From the IMG/VR virus record IMGVR_UViG_3300014208_000001, positions 165,318-229,317 of that record: DNA of 64,000 bases; one strand, 5' to 3'. This DNA is from a virus. Its lineage: Duplodnaviria; Heunggongvirae; Uroviricota; Caudoviricetes. The notes beneath the pieces are model-generated. The model ran no database searches. It was not told where the DNA came from and saw only the letters and a program-made list of their open reading frames with translations. This document shows positions 8,298 through 18,100 of this stretch, one piece after another; the first letter of the stretch is position 1, and every line of letters starts with the position of its first letter. The position numbers and the translations under genes are program-made.

Positions 8298-11219
8298 TTA
8301 CTTATTTTTCTTGCCTGCTGGCTTATGTTTGGTACCAGTCCCATCATCTTGTTTTGGGCTTGTGCCAATACCTTCGAGTTCTTCTCTCGACCCATCAACT
8401 TTTGATTTTGCCGGGTCTGATCTTTTATCTTCATCAGCGTGTGATGTGTATTTCTTATTGCTTGGATCGGTCATATCACGATCTTCAGCCAATCCATCAT
8501 CTTCATCATCAAAATCAGGCATTTCTGATTCTTCTGAATCATCCTCAATCGGATTCACAGTGTCAACCGGCTTCATATCGCCTTCGACACCTTCAATATC
8601 ACCTTCAACGTCAGCGACGTCACCTTCGATAGCTTCTTCGTCATCTTCAAGCGATTCAACATCACCTTCTAACTCATCGCCTTCAATACCTAATTCATCT
8701 TCACCTTCAAGATCGCCACCGAATGGTTCTTCACCACCCATCATCTCATCTTCTGGTTCTGTAATAACTTGATCACCGTCGCTGTCGACATTGACGTCAC
8801 CGTCGACACTTACACTTATTGTTCCATCACTACTGGCTGTGATTGTGGCCACAGCTTCATCTAGTAATGCACGATCTTCTTCTGTCAGAGGAGCTAATTG
8901 CTCCAAATTTTCTGATAACCAATCACAGAATGGTTGGGCATCAGCTTTAGTGACTCCAGCGGCAGCTAATGCTGACTTTCTTAGCATTTTTGGCACTGGG
9001 ACACTAATATCACCGCTTTCATTCATAACTATGGCGTCGACATTAGCCGATGGAATACCATGGTCTAGAATAAAATTGACACCATTAGCGGTACCAGCAA
9101 CACCATCTTTTTGTCTAGTTGTCCACTGAATATCTTCAGAAGTCAACTTCTCAGACAATTTATTTATTGAAGACCGCTTATAGCCAGCCTTCTTAATTTT
9201 TGGGCTCTTGTATTGGTCTTCAACGACGCCCTCATTGCCAAATTCGGCATCGTTATCACAAGAGCCATCATCGCAATCTTCGTCTTCATCGTCATCATTT
9301 TCCCAAGGTTTCCCGCTCTCCATGAAAGCTTTAGAAACTTGTTCAATGGCGAAGAATGCTTTATTAGCTGGAATTGTCACTCCAACAGCTTCTATAGCCG
9401 CTTTGGATAATTCCGTCAAATTCTCATTTATTGTTGAACCATTTATATCGTTCTCTTCAGCTAATCGACCCATCATGGTGATGATTTTGGTCAATATTTT
9501 CTTATCGGTGATGACTGGCTTGCCATAATCAAACATCTGGCGAGCTTTTGTTTGTTTAAATGCATATGGGTCAAATGATTCGCCTAGTCCTTCGTCATTT
9601 CCAAACTCGGCATTGCCTGTCTGACCGCCACCAGCGCCACCTTGTAGCATATCTGGTCCGCCACCTTCTCCAAGGTCGAATTCACCAGTATCATCGATAC
9701 CCTCATCGTCATCGATATCTAGATCATCGCCAGCGAAATCGTCTTCACCACCGCCGCCACTGGTTCCACCTATTTGAATCAATGGTGAGTTGATCACAAT
9801 TTGTGGTGGCTTATCTTCATGGTCATCACCACCTAAATCTAGATCTTCGCTAGCATCGTCATTGCCCATGTCGATGTCTTTGGCGAAATTGTCGTCACCT
9901 GGGATCGCATCGAAATCTTTGAGATTTTCATTAGCCGACAACTCTTCTTGAATTGTAGCAATTAAATCTTCTGCTTCATAAATCGATGCGTCATCGAATG
10001 CTGGTTCTCTTAATCTTGTGATTAAGTCATTTAATCTCGATGATAGATCATGCGATTCTTTAATTCTTGGCGTTCTATTTTTCAGAACGTCAAGTGTCGT
10101 GGCTAGTGCTTCTGCAGTAACTTCACGGTTCGAGATAGCTTCGAAGATCATTTCAAGGAATCTATCATATGCACCGTTAAAATCAGATGCACCACTTAAT
10201 TTATCGACATTTTCAAGTAACGTGGCATGTTCAGAAGCGATAGCTATTTTCCGCCATTCTCTGACTATTGTGTTCTTATTGACTTTCAAGTTAGTCTTAT
10301 ATAGTAGTGATGCGGTATTTTTAGCCAGATCTTCGTTAAAGCATGCTTTAGTGGCTAGGGCATTTCCGACTAATGTATCGATTTCACTTCTTTTCAGAAG
10401 TGTAAATTCCTCATTTTCTTTCAGGAATGGTCCGACTAATTTAATTGCTTCTTCTATTTTATTGTCATAAATCAACTGTGCGGTTTCGTATATTCTGTTT
10501 TGGAAACCGGTTGATTTATATGCTTCTTTTGCAGCTTCTTTCATGTGTTTGCCAATGAGCTTCTTTGAGGCCCATTTGGTAACTGGCAGCTTGATTGGTT
10601 TTCCATCATTGAATGAGCATGATAGTGTACCACCATGTTCAACAATGACTTTATTATTCAGTGACTCGACGATGTATTGAACGATTTTTTCTTTTGCTTC
10701 TGCGGAGACAGCTTGGCCACCACTGACTTTGATTTTTCTGGCAACGCCATCTCTGGTTCTGACAATACCATGTTCTGGTATTATTTTGCCAGAGAATCTC
10801 TGGCTTGCTATTTTGTCAAATGCCGATGACATACCATTTTGATTATTACTTTCTATGGCATCTATTAATTGTAGACATGAACTTTCGAATAGTGATTGTT
10901 TTTCTTCTTCTATAATTTCTATTTTGACTATATTCTCGATTACGACTCGACCGCCTTTTTCACGGCGGAAATCTGCCTTGTAATAGTCATTTGTGTCAAC
11001 ATCTTCGATGAAGAGGTCACCACCGTACTGTTGATCGCGATTAATCTGCTTTAATCTGAAAGAGGCAAGTTTCCAATTCTTGCCTATTGAAGATCCCATT
11101 TCTGAGATCTTGCTTTCAAACAGAGCTTTTTTAGCGTCAACAGATTCATTGATACTAGCCAGAAACTTACGGGAATCCATTCTAGTTGGATTCACCACCG
11201 TGTTCTGATTCTTAGCCAT
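8298..11219 (-). CDS. large (~974 aa) highly acidic protein with Gly/Asp-rich disordered segments (candidate internal head/prohead core protein)
   Basis: The likely start is the internal Met at 11219, with an AAGGAG RBS 9 nt upstream. The ORF track's start at 11381 overlaps the divergent sigma gene. Has long DDxDLGGDD / EGDxEG runs. Confidence 0.55.
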   Translation of the reverse strand: MAKNQNTVVNPTRMDSRKFLASINESVDAKKALFESKISEMGSSIGKNWKLASFRLKQINRDQQYGGDLFIEDVDTNDYYKADFRREKGGRVVIENIVKIEIIEEEKQSLFESSCLQLIDAIESNNQNGMSSAFDKIASQRFSGKIIPEHGIVRTRDGVARKIKVSGGQAVSAEAKEKIVQYIVESLNNKVIVEHGGTLSCSFNDGKPIKLPVTKWASKKLIGKHMKEAAKEAYKSTGFQNRIYETAQLIYDNKIEEAIKLVGPFLKENEEFTLLKRSEIDTLVGNALATKACFNEDLAKNTASLLYKTNLKVNKNTIVREWRKIAIASEHATLLENVDKLSGASDFNGAYDRFLEMIFEAISNREVTAEALATTLDVLKNRTPRIKESHDLSSRLNDLITRLREPAFDDASIYEAEDLIATIQEELSANENLKDFDAIPGDDNFAKDIDMGNDDASEDLDLGGDDHEDKPPQIVINSPLIQIGGTSGGGGEDDFAGDDLDIDDDEGIDDTGEFDLGEGGGPDMLQGGAGGGQTGNAEFGNDEGLGESFDPYAFKQTKARQMFDYGKPVITDKKILTKIITMMGRLAEENDINGSTINENLTELSKAAIEAVGVTIPANKAFFAIEQVSKAFMESGKPWENDDDEDEDCDDGSCDNDAEFGNEGVVEDQYKSPKIKKAGYKRSSINKLSEKLTSEDIQWTTRQKDGVAGTANGVNFILDHGIPSANVDAIVMNESGDISVPVPKMLRKSALAAAGVTKADAQPFCDWLSENLEQLAPLTEEDRALLDEAVATITASSDGTISVSVDGDVNVDSDGDQVITEPEDEMMGGEEPFGGDLEGEDELGIEGDELEGDVESLEDDEEAIEGDVADVEGDIEGVEGDMKPVDTVNPIEDDSEESEMPDFDDEDDGLAEDRDMTDPSNKKYTSHADEDKRSDPAKSKVDGSREELEGIGTSPKQDDGTGTKHKPAGKKNK

Positions 11220-11266
11220 CTCTATCGGACTCCTTGTTAAACTAACATGACTATTAATAATTTTGA

Positions 11267-12316
11267 ATGGAACGTACTCTAATGAATCCATCATACATAA
11301 TTTATGGTGATTACAATCGTAATAACGGGTCAATGCTACTACGTAAAATACGTTCCTATGCCAGATTTGAAACAGACCCATATTATTTGGCTAAAGTAAA
11401 ACAAGCAGTAGCAGAACGAGTATATTTGGACGATGACTCAACTTTCGACGCGATAATAAAGTATCAAAATGGTGATATATCACAATTAGACCCATTGTTC
11501 AAAGCATATCATTTATTAATATTAAAATTATCAGCGGGCGCATTACGAATATACAAAAAACGAGGCCAAATAGACGAAATACTATCATTATCATATTCTA
11601 CATTCTTAACATGCTTAAAAAAATACACAGTATCTGAAAAATTAAGCAGATTTTCAACATATCTATCAACAGCAATATTACATAATATAATACATTATAT
11701 ACCATTTGAACACACCAGAATACGTTATAGAATACAACACATATCAGCTTTGGATAATATAATATTAAATGATTTATCTATAAATCCAAATCAATCTATA
11801 CACGATATATTACCAGATGATACTATTAAGAAATATTGGAAACATATTAATTATTTGACAATTGTAAACGTCTACAAACAAAATCACATACCAATTAAAG
11901 TGTCAGACCAACCATTAATGCATATTGATATTGATGAGTGCTTTAAAAATTTAAATGATAGACAAAAAAGAATATTAACACGCAGATTAAATGGAGATAT
12001 ATTGCATGATATAGGTATTGATGAAAATATCACCAGAGAAAGAGTGCGTCAAATAGAGGCACAAGCATTATCAAAAATCAAAAAAATTATCGAAAGCCAA
12101 AATAGATTACCAATTAAACCGATTAAATTACCTGAAAAACAACAAGTCATACTGTTAACATATGATGAAGCTAAAAAATTTATAAAATTACATTATATAA
12201 AATCTAGAGCCGCATATATACGCTTTGCAAGAATATGTGTACAATTACCTTTAAACCCACGTTCAACTTATAAGCATTCATGGAAAGGTTGGAAATCATT
12301 CTTATCTAGGAGGTAA
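11267..12316 (+). CDS. sigma-70 family RNA polymerase sigma factor with C-terminal extension
   Basis: Region 4.2 HTH LNDRQKRILTRRLNGDILHDIGIDENITRERVRQIEAQALSKIKK. Region 2-like YKKRGQIDEILSLSYSTFLTCLKKY. Confidence 0.6.
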   Translation: MERTLMNPSYIIYGDYNRNNGSMLLRKIRSYARFETDPYYLAKVKQAVAERVYLDDDSTFDAIIKYQNGDISQLDPLFKAYHLLILKLSAGALRIYKKRGQIDEILSLSYSTFLTCLKKYTVSEKLSRFSTYLSTAILHNIIHYIPFEHTRIRYRIQHISALDNIILNDLSINPNQSIHDILPDDTIKKYWKHINYLTIVNVYKQNHIPIKVSDQPLMHIDIDECFKNLNDRQKRILTRRLNGDILHDIGIDENITRERVRQIEAQALSKIKKIIESQNRLPIKPIKLPEKQQVILLTYDEAKKFIKLHYIKSRAAYIRFARICVQLPLNPRSTYKHSWKGWKSFLSRR

Positions 12317-14152
12317 ATCATATATAGTTATCTCTGAATCATCAGCATTTTCATAATTTGCTAATTCTTCTGATATAAGCGCTTTAGCGATATTTTTAGC
12401 GCCATTAGCTTCTTCAATATCAATAGTTGATTCAATCAGCACTAATGGGTCAGAATTAGTACCATAATTCGAATCATTAATATTATTACCCTTAGACAAT
12501 GCATCTAATTCATTTATAGTCATAAAATAATCGAATCCACTATTCAGTTCGCGTTCATTTAATTTCTCTAATATCTTCTTGCTACGTAATCTTTTATCTA
12601 TACGCATCTCATTGATTACACGTTTTTCACTTGCGTAATCATATCCTTCTAACGGTGGTTCAGTATCTTCTTCAGCATCAGGTGCTAATAAATCATTATC
12701 TTGCCCTGGAATTTCGGGTGTTTCATCATCCATACCAAGATCTAATCCTCCTAAACCGCCTCCACCGCCACTGGGTGCCATAGATTCGGCTTCAACATCT
12801 TTTAAATCTTCGATTTCATCCGGGGACAAGTCAGTGAAGTGTGTGACAATCCAATCTTTGGGGAACCATCCAAGATCTTTAAGAGTCGCCATGACATCAG
12901 CTCTTGTTTGCCATGTCTCAATTCGATATAATTCTTCGAGAGCTGATGTGGCTGTTAATGTGATTTCAAATCCTTTTAGATCTTCAACAGAATAACCACG
13001 TAGTGCTAAATGAACCAGCGCGACTTTAGTTAATCCTTTTGCCACTTCTCTCTGAATCCATTGTACTGCTTTTGCAAACTCAGCGTGGCTCTGTGATAAT
13101 GATTTTTCATTCTGTTCACCAGCGCCTTCTCCTAGTCCAACTCTGGCAAATGGAATCTTAAGAGGTGCTATCATTTTCTTTTTGAAATATTCGATATCCG
13201 CTATTTGATCTAAATTTTCGGCTCCTGGTAACGAATCAACATCAGGGCCAGTACCATCAGCTCTTACAGGTAAAAAATAATCATCTTCTTGAATAAGAGG
13301 TGAATATCGCTCGTCAAATGTACCGGTCGTTGGGTTATAGAATCTCTGTCTTTTCATAGTCCTTGCAATAGCTGCTATATATTCAGGTATTTGATTAGTT
13401 GGTATATTACCAACTGGTATTTTGAATTTCCTTCTCTCAGGTGCTCTAGTAATACGATATATCAATGCACTATCTTCCATTAATCGCAATTGTTTAAATG
13501 CTTTACGTCCACCATCTAATATACTAATACCATATGGGTGATATATATTTTCAAATGAGGTTAATCTAGTATGCATCACTTGCCATGGATGCATGAATAT
13601 TGGCTCTGGGTATATTGGATCTTGATAATAAAATCCAACCAAATCACCAAATCTTGTTTCAATTCTTGTAAAATTATAGATATTCATAAATCTTAAACTT
13701 GATACACATGTTCTGTTTTCATTTGGTATTATTTCAGCGCCAAAATCGCCATATTTACATAAATATCTAATTGTGGGTCTACAATGTGTGTCCCACTGTA
13801 GAGTGTTAAAAAATAATTCTTCTAATTCTCTTTTTAATCGTTTATTTCTTGCTCTTATTATTATTGTGTGCTTGCGTTCTGAATCAACTAAACTAGCTTC
13901 GTCAGCATATAAATCTAATGCTAAACTAATTTCACCTGTTTGTGCCATTAGTTCATAATCTCTATACCTTTCTAATCTATTTATTTGAACATTGGTTTGA
14001 TCTAGAATGGATTGTTGATCCAAATCTAAATTGCCAGTATGGGCAATTCGATCAAGTTGAGTTTGGTCTTGTAATGTTCTTTCTGATTGAAATATATTAT
14101 GATTTTTAATCAGAGTTCGAACACGATCAAACACAAACCAATTGCTGGGCAT
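12302..14152 (-). CDS. portal vertex protein, gp20-like
   Basis: LIYRITRAPERR...DSLPGAENLDQI aligns with T4 gp20 VIYRITRAPDRR...DTLPGADNTGNM. AGGAG RBS. Confidence 0.9.
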   Translation of the reverse strand: MPSNWFVFDRVRTLIKNHNIFQSERTLQDQTQLDRIAHTGNLDLDQQSILDQTNVQINRLERYRDYELMAQTGEISLALDLYADEASLVDSERKHTIIIRARNKRLKRELEELFFNTLQWDTHCRPTIRYLCKYGDFGAEIIPNENRTCVSSLRFMNIYNFTRIETRFGDLVGFYYQDPIYPEPIFMHPWQVMHTRLTSFENIYHPYGISILDGGRKAFKQLRLMEDSALIYRITRAPERRKFKIPVGNIPTNQIPEYIAAIARTMKRQRFYNPTTGTFDERYSPLIQEDDYFLPVRADGTGPDVDSLPGAENLDQIADIEYFKKKMIAPLKIPFARVGLGEGAGEQNEKSLSQSHAEFAKAVQWIQREVAKGLTKVALVHLALRGYSVEDLKGFEITLTATSALEELYRIETWQTRADVMATLKDLGWFPKDWIVTHFTDLSPDEIEDLKDVEAESMAPSGGGGGLGGLDLGMDDETPEIPGQDNDLLAPDAEEDTEPPLEGYDYASEKRVINEMRIDKRLRSKKILEKLNERELNSGFDYFMTINELDALSKGNNINDSNYGTNSDPLVLIESTIDIEEANGAKNIAKALISEELANYENADDSEITIYDLPPR

Positions 14153-14190
14153 AAATAACTCCTCAAAATATATTTACAGGATGATCAATT

Positions 14191-14730
14191 ATGAATAGAT
14201 TCATCAAATTGTCTGATTTAGTAAAATTTATCGCTGATATTATAAAATACTTATCACGTAAAAAACCAATCCCCCCAGAACCAAAACCAATTCCAACCCC
14301 GGAACCACCTCCAAAGCCAACCCCAATTCCACCTCCAGAGCCAACCCCAGAACCCACGCCTAAAACACCAACCGAATTAGCGATTGATCAATTATTATCA
14401 TCACACAATAAACTACGGCAGACACCATTAACCATTAATACTAAATTAACGGCAGCAGCTCAAAAACATGCCGAATGGATGGCGTTTAATAATACATTAT
14501 CGCATGTCGGTGATAAAAGATCACAGCCATGGACAAGAACATCATGGGAAGGCTATGAAAATGGATTCGTTGGTGAAAATATCGCATTCGCTTACTCATT
14601 AGACCAAGTGATGCCAATGTGGTTACAATCACAAGGACATAGAAGAAATATTTTAGATTCTAATTATAAAAACATAGGAATAGGTATTAAAAATAATTAC
14701 TATTGTGTTGTATTTGGAGGTGGTGATTAA
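14191..14730 (+). CDS. CAP/SCP (PR-1, YkwD-like) domain protein with Pro/Thr/Glu-rich linker
   Basis: HN..R, GENIAFAYS and GHRRNIL..NYKNIGIGI motifs, plus a PEPKPIPTPEPPPKPTP linker. Confidence 0.6.
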   Translation: MNRFIKLSDLVKFIADIIKYLSRKKPIPPEPKPIPTPEPPPKPTPIPPPEPTPEPTPKTPTELAIDQLLSSHNKLRQTPLTINTKLTAAAQKHAEWMAFNNTLSHVGDKRSQPWTRTSWEGYENGFVGENIAFAYSLDQVMPMWLQSQGHRRNILDSNYKNIGIGIKNNYYCVVFGGGD

Positions 14731-15149
14731 TTAGAAGTCCATTCAGATTCTATTTTTTTATTAGACAATTGATTAAATTGATTAAATTCATCCTCACATA
14801 AATTAAATTCTATATGCCTTTTATCAATATATCTAACATTGGACATCACAACCATATCAACCATACAATAATATAATACATACGTGCCATTTAAATCTTT
14901 ACCAGACAATTCACAATATATTGATTGAGTCGGCTTAAAATTTTTTATCAATCTATTCTTTATTTCTTCTCCGCAATTTTCACAACAATCGATACTTTTA
15001 ATAATACGTTCTAATAATATTGATCTTATTTCTGGCTTATGATTTACAACATTTACTTTTCTAAAATCCATTGAATAATATGTAAATTGCGATTTAACCT
15101 CTATTTTACACAAGTCACATACTATTCCATCTTTTGATTTATTAAGCAT
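14727..15149 (-). CDS. Cys-rich hypothetical protein (CxxC ... CCxxC)
   Basis: A 140-aa ORF coupled to the terminase stop. Confidence 0.4.
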   Translation of the reverse strand: MLNKSKDGIVCDLCKIEVKSQFTYYSMDFRKVNVVNHKPEIRSILLERIIKSIDCCENCGEEIKNRLIKNFKPTQSIYCELSGKDLNGTYVLYYCMVDMVVMSNVRYIDKRHIEFNLCEDEFNQFNQLSNKKIESEWTSN

Positions 15150-18100
15150 TATTCACCTTTTCGTTTAAAATAATATTTTGGTGGTGTTACAATAGGACCA
15201 TTTTTAGACATTGGTATAGCACCTAACTGATAAGTAAATGCATCTAATTGACGCTGAATATTTTGTTCAGGCATTTCATCTGGCGTGCCAACAAATGGTA
15301 AAAATGGATTACCAGTCGCATTTACTAATTGTTTATGGTATTGAACCATTTGATCATCAGTAAAGATAGTAGGCCCAGCCAAACTAGTAAAATCAGAAGA
15401 TGATAACACCGGCCCAGCAGAAACCGATGAAAGTGCAAACGAATCATTAATAGCCACCAACGCTAACGCAAAAGCCATAACAAGATCGTCAAAATTATTA
15501 GCACCTTCTTCAGCTTCAGTCTTTCCAGTATCCCTACCAGATTTGTCTCTTTTTCTAACATACGTATTAAATTGCTTCAATAATCTCCTGCTATAAACTT
15601 TATACCCAGCATCATCTTCGTCTCTAACATAATCTATTAATAACCTGTTCAAAATCGGTTTAGATGCCATAGTAGTAAAGAAACCATATCTATCAATTTT
15701 CATAGCTCGCTGTGTACTACTCGATGGTCTAGGTTTATCATTGATGTCCTTTTTGCGCCATATATTAGGATAATTAAATTCATGTCGTAGAGCATCTATT
15801 AAATTATCACCACCATTATTGCGTTCTAATACTAACATAGCATTGTTATAATATCTTCCCAAATAATCAACAAATCGTAAAAATTGTTTTGGTAAGCATC
15901 TTACCATCATTTCAGCTACTTGTTCCATTGTTATTGCATCTAATATTTCTAATGCATGATAATCTTTACCTTTACCAGTTGCAAAGTCGACACCCATAAC
16001 ATATATATGAGGTGGTTCACCTGGTGATATTATTTGATTATTTCGCATTTTTGCTGGTTTTGCTTGTATCGGATGCTCCCACACCCACAAACCAGATTCA
16101 GATTCTTGCTCATTGAAACTTAATTCTTCTGATTCTCCTGTGCTTGGATTTGTGTATAATATTGTATTAGTGACTCTATCTGGTTCTTTCATAGTTGTAG
16201 CTAATTTAGTTAATACTGATCTAGTTATAACTGTATTACCAGAGCCAATAAATGATGCTAAAACTTCCTGGTTAAATTTCCATCCTTCACCTTTTTCTTG
16301 CAGACCGCGCCATTGTTCTTCTAACCATGGTGACCAATATGGACCATATTTATCTTCTTCTTCTTTAGTGGTACATTTTCTCAATCCGTCTCTTGGTGCT
16401 ATCCGTACTAATTCTCTACTTAAACTATCTCTATATTCAATATTCCAATCCATATCCCACCAATTAACACATATCGGATTAAATACATTATCGCCAGCTT
16501 CAGCTTCTGTCCACGTGCCCCAATACCAGTTGCCGACTCCATTCGTATTCGCGTGTACAGTGCAGTCACCGATAAAAGTGTGTGTGTTTGGTAATGTGAA
16601 ATCATATACTTCCGCTTCAGAATCTTCTAATGATTTAACCTCATTGAACCAATCATATTCTAATAATTTAATAAGAGAATCATAAGCGTCATTACCTTCA
16701 TATGAAATCTTACTCATAAACGAAGCGAGACGATCTTTAGTTATCCTTGATCTTGATCCATAAAGAACATTTGGGGCTAATCCCAATTTAGTCATTTTAG
16801 CGATTGAAAGATCAGTTGTGTCTTTTAATTGTTTTAAAAGATTCTTAACAACTGGTGGCATTAACTCAGACCAAACTGACGTCTTATTTTTTTGTAAAGC
16901 TTGTTTTCTACCCAAATCAAAACCAATAAGATCATAAAACAAATTTGTAAAATTGTTAGAAACATATAATCGATATGATTCACGAGTATCATGTGTAGTG
17001 GTCTCACCATTATTACGTTTAAATGACGTCATACCAGGCGGCGATATTTCTAAATATGTATGTATTCCATAATTAAATAATAACATCCTAACTTGTTTAA
17101 TAAGTTTTTTAGATGTAGAAGTATAACAAACTTGCCCTTTTCTCGTTAAAGCAGCACCATCACCATCAAACAATCCTCTAAGAAAATTCCTTATTATTGG
17201 TTCAGAACATTGTAATAATCTTTTTGGTATAGTTTTAAATGGTGCTATTGTACATTCAACACCAAGATATTTAAGAAATCTAACAAACATAGGTGATGAA
17301 CATACCGTAACATAATCTTGCCCTTTTCTTCCTCTATTCCAATTAATATTGCCCCAAGATTCGCATCGATCTAGAACTTTAGAATCACCACACGACAATA
17401 CCACTTCAGCAGTAATTTTACCATTTTTTCTAATTGTTTCTCTTACATGACCTTCAGCTATAATAACACCAAGCATATAAGCAATATCTTCATCCATCTT
17501 TTTTATTTGAAAAATTGGTGAGTTTAAATTATCATCTCTATAACTCTTATTACGATCTTCATAATTTAATATATCATTATTTCCGAAAACCATTTGCCCA
17601 GCTTTAACTGGCAGGAAGTCTCCGATCTGTAAATCTTGAATATATTTATTATTTATAGTCCCATTAGATGACACAACTGGCAATTTGTGTAATAATGATG
17701 CTTCGAATTCATAGCAACAAGATGTTTTAACAATTTTAGTTGCTTCTTTTGGTCTTTTATAAAATTTAGTAGCTGGTTCTAAACCATCAATCCCAACAAT
17801 ATCTGGCCCCTTATAATCAGTATGATAATAACCATCATCAAAGCCATCGTATTCATGAGGTGCTAAATCTTGTATTTCACATAAACCGTTTGCAGTATTA
17901 ATTAAAGTATCTGGTGCCACACATGTACTAATTACTATTGTACTACCACCGTGAGTCATGGTTGAATAACCGGCTGCCCACATCACATCCATATCTTGAA
18001 TAAATGCTGCTTCGTCTATTATATTCAATGATGATGCATTTGATCGTAAAACATCTGGGTGTGATGTCATAGATTTTATAACTGTACCATTAGTAAATGC

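Noticed and set aside
8272-10470. Plus-strand Ser/Pro-rich ORFs (8272..8772, 8791..9129, 9208..9528, 10018..10470)
   Set aside because: They lie antisense to the acidic 974-aa gene and are low complexity, generated by the complementary Asp/Glu/Gly codon runs.
14163-14357. Gly-rich 64-aa minus ORF
   Set aside because: It is the complement of the Pro/Thr-rich linker of the CAP gene.
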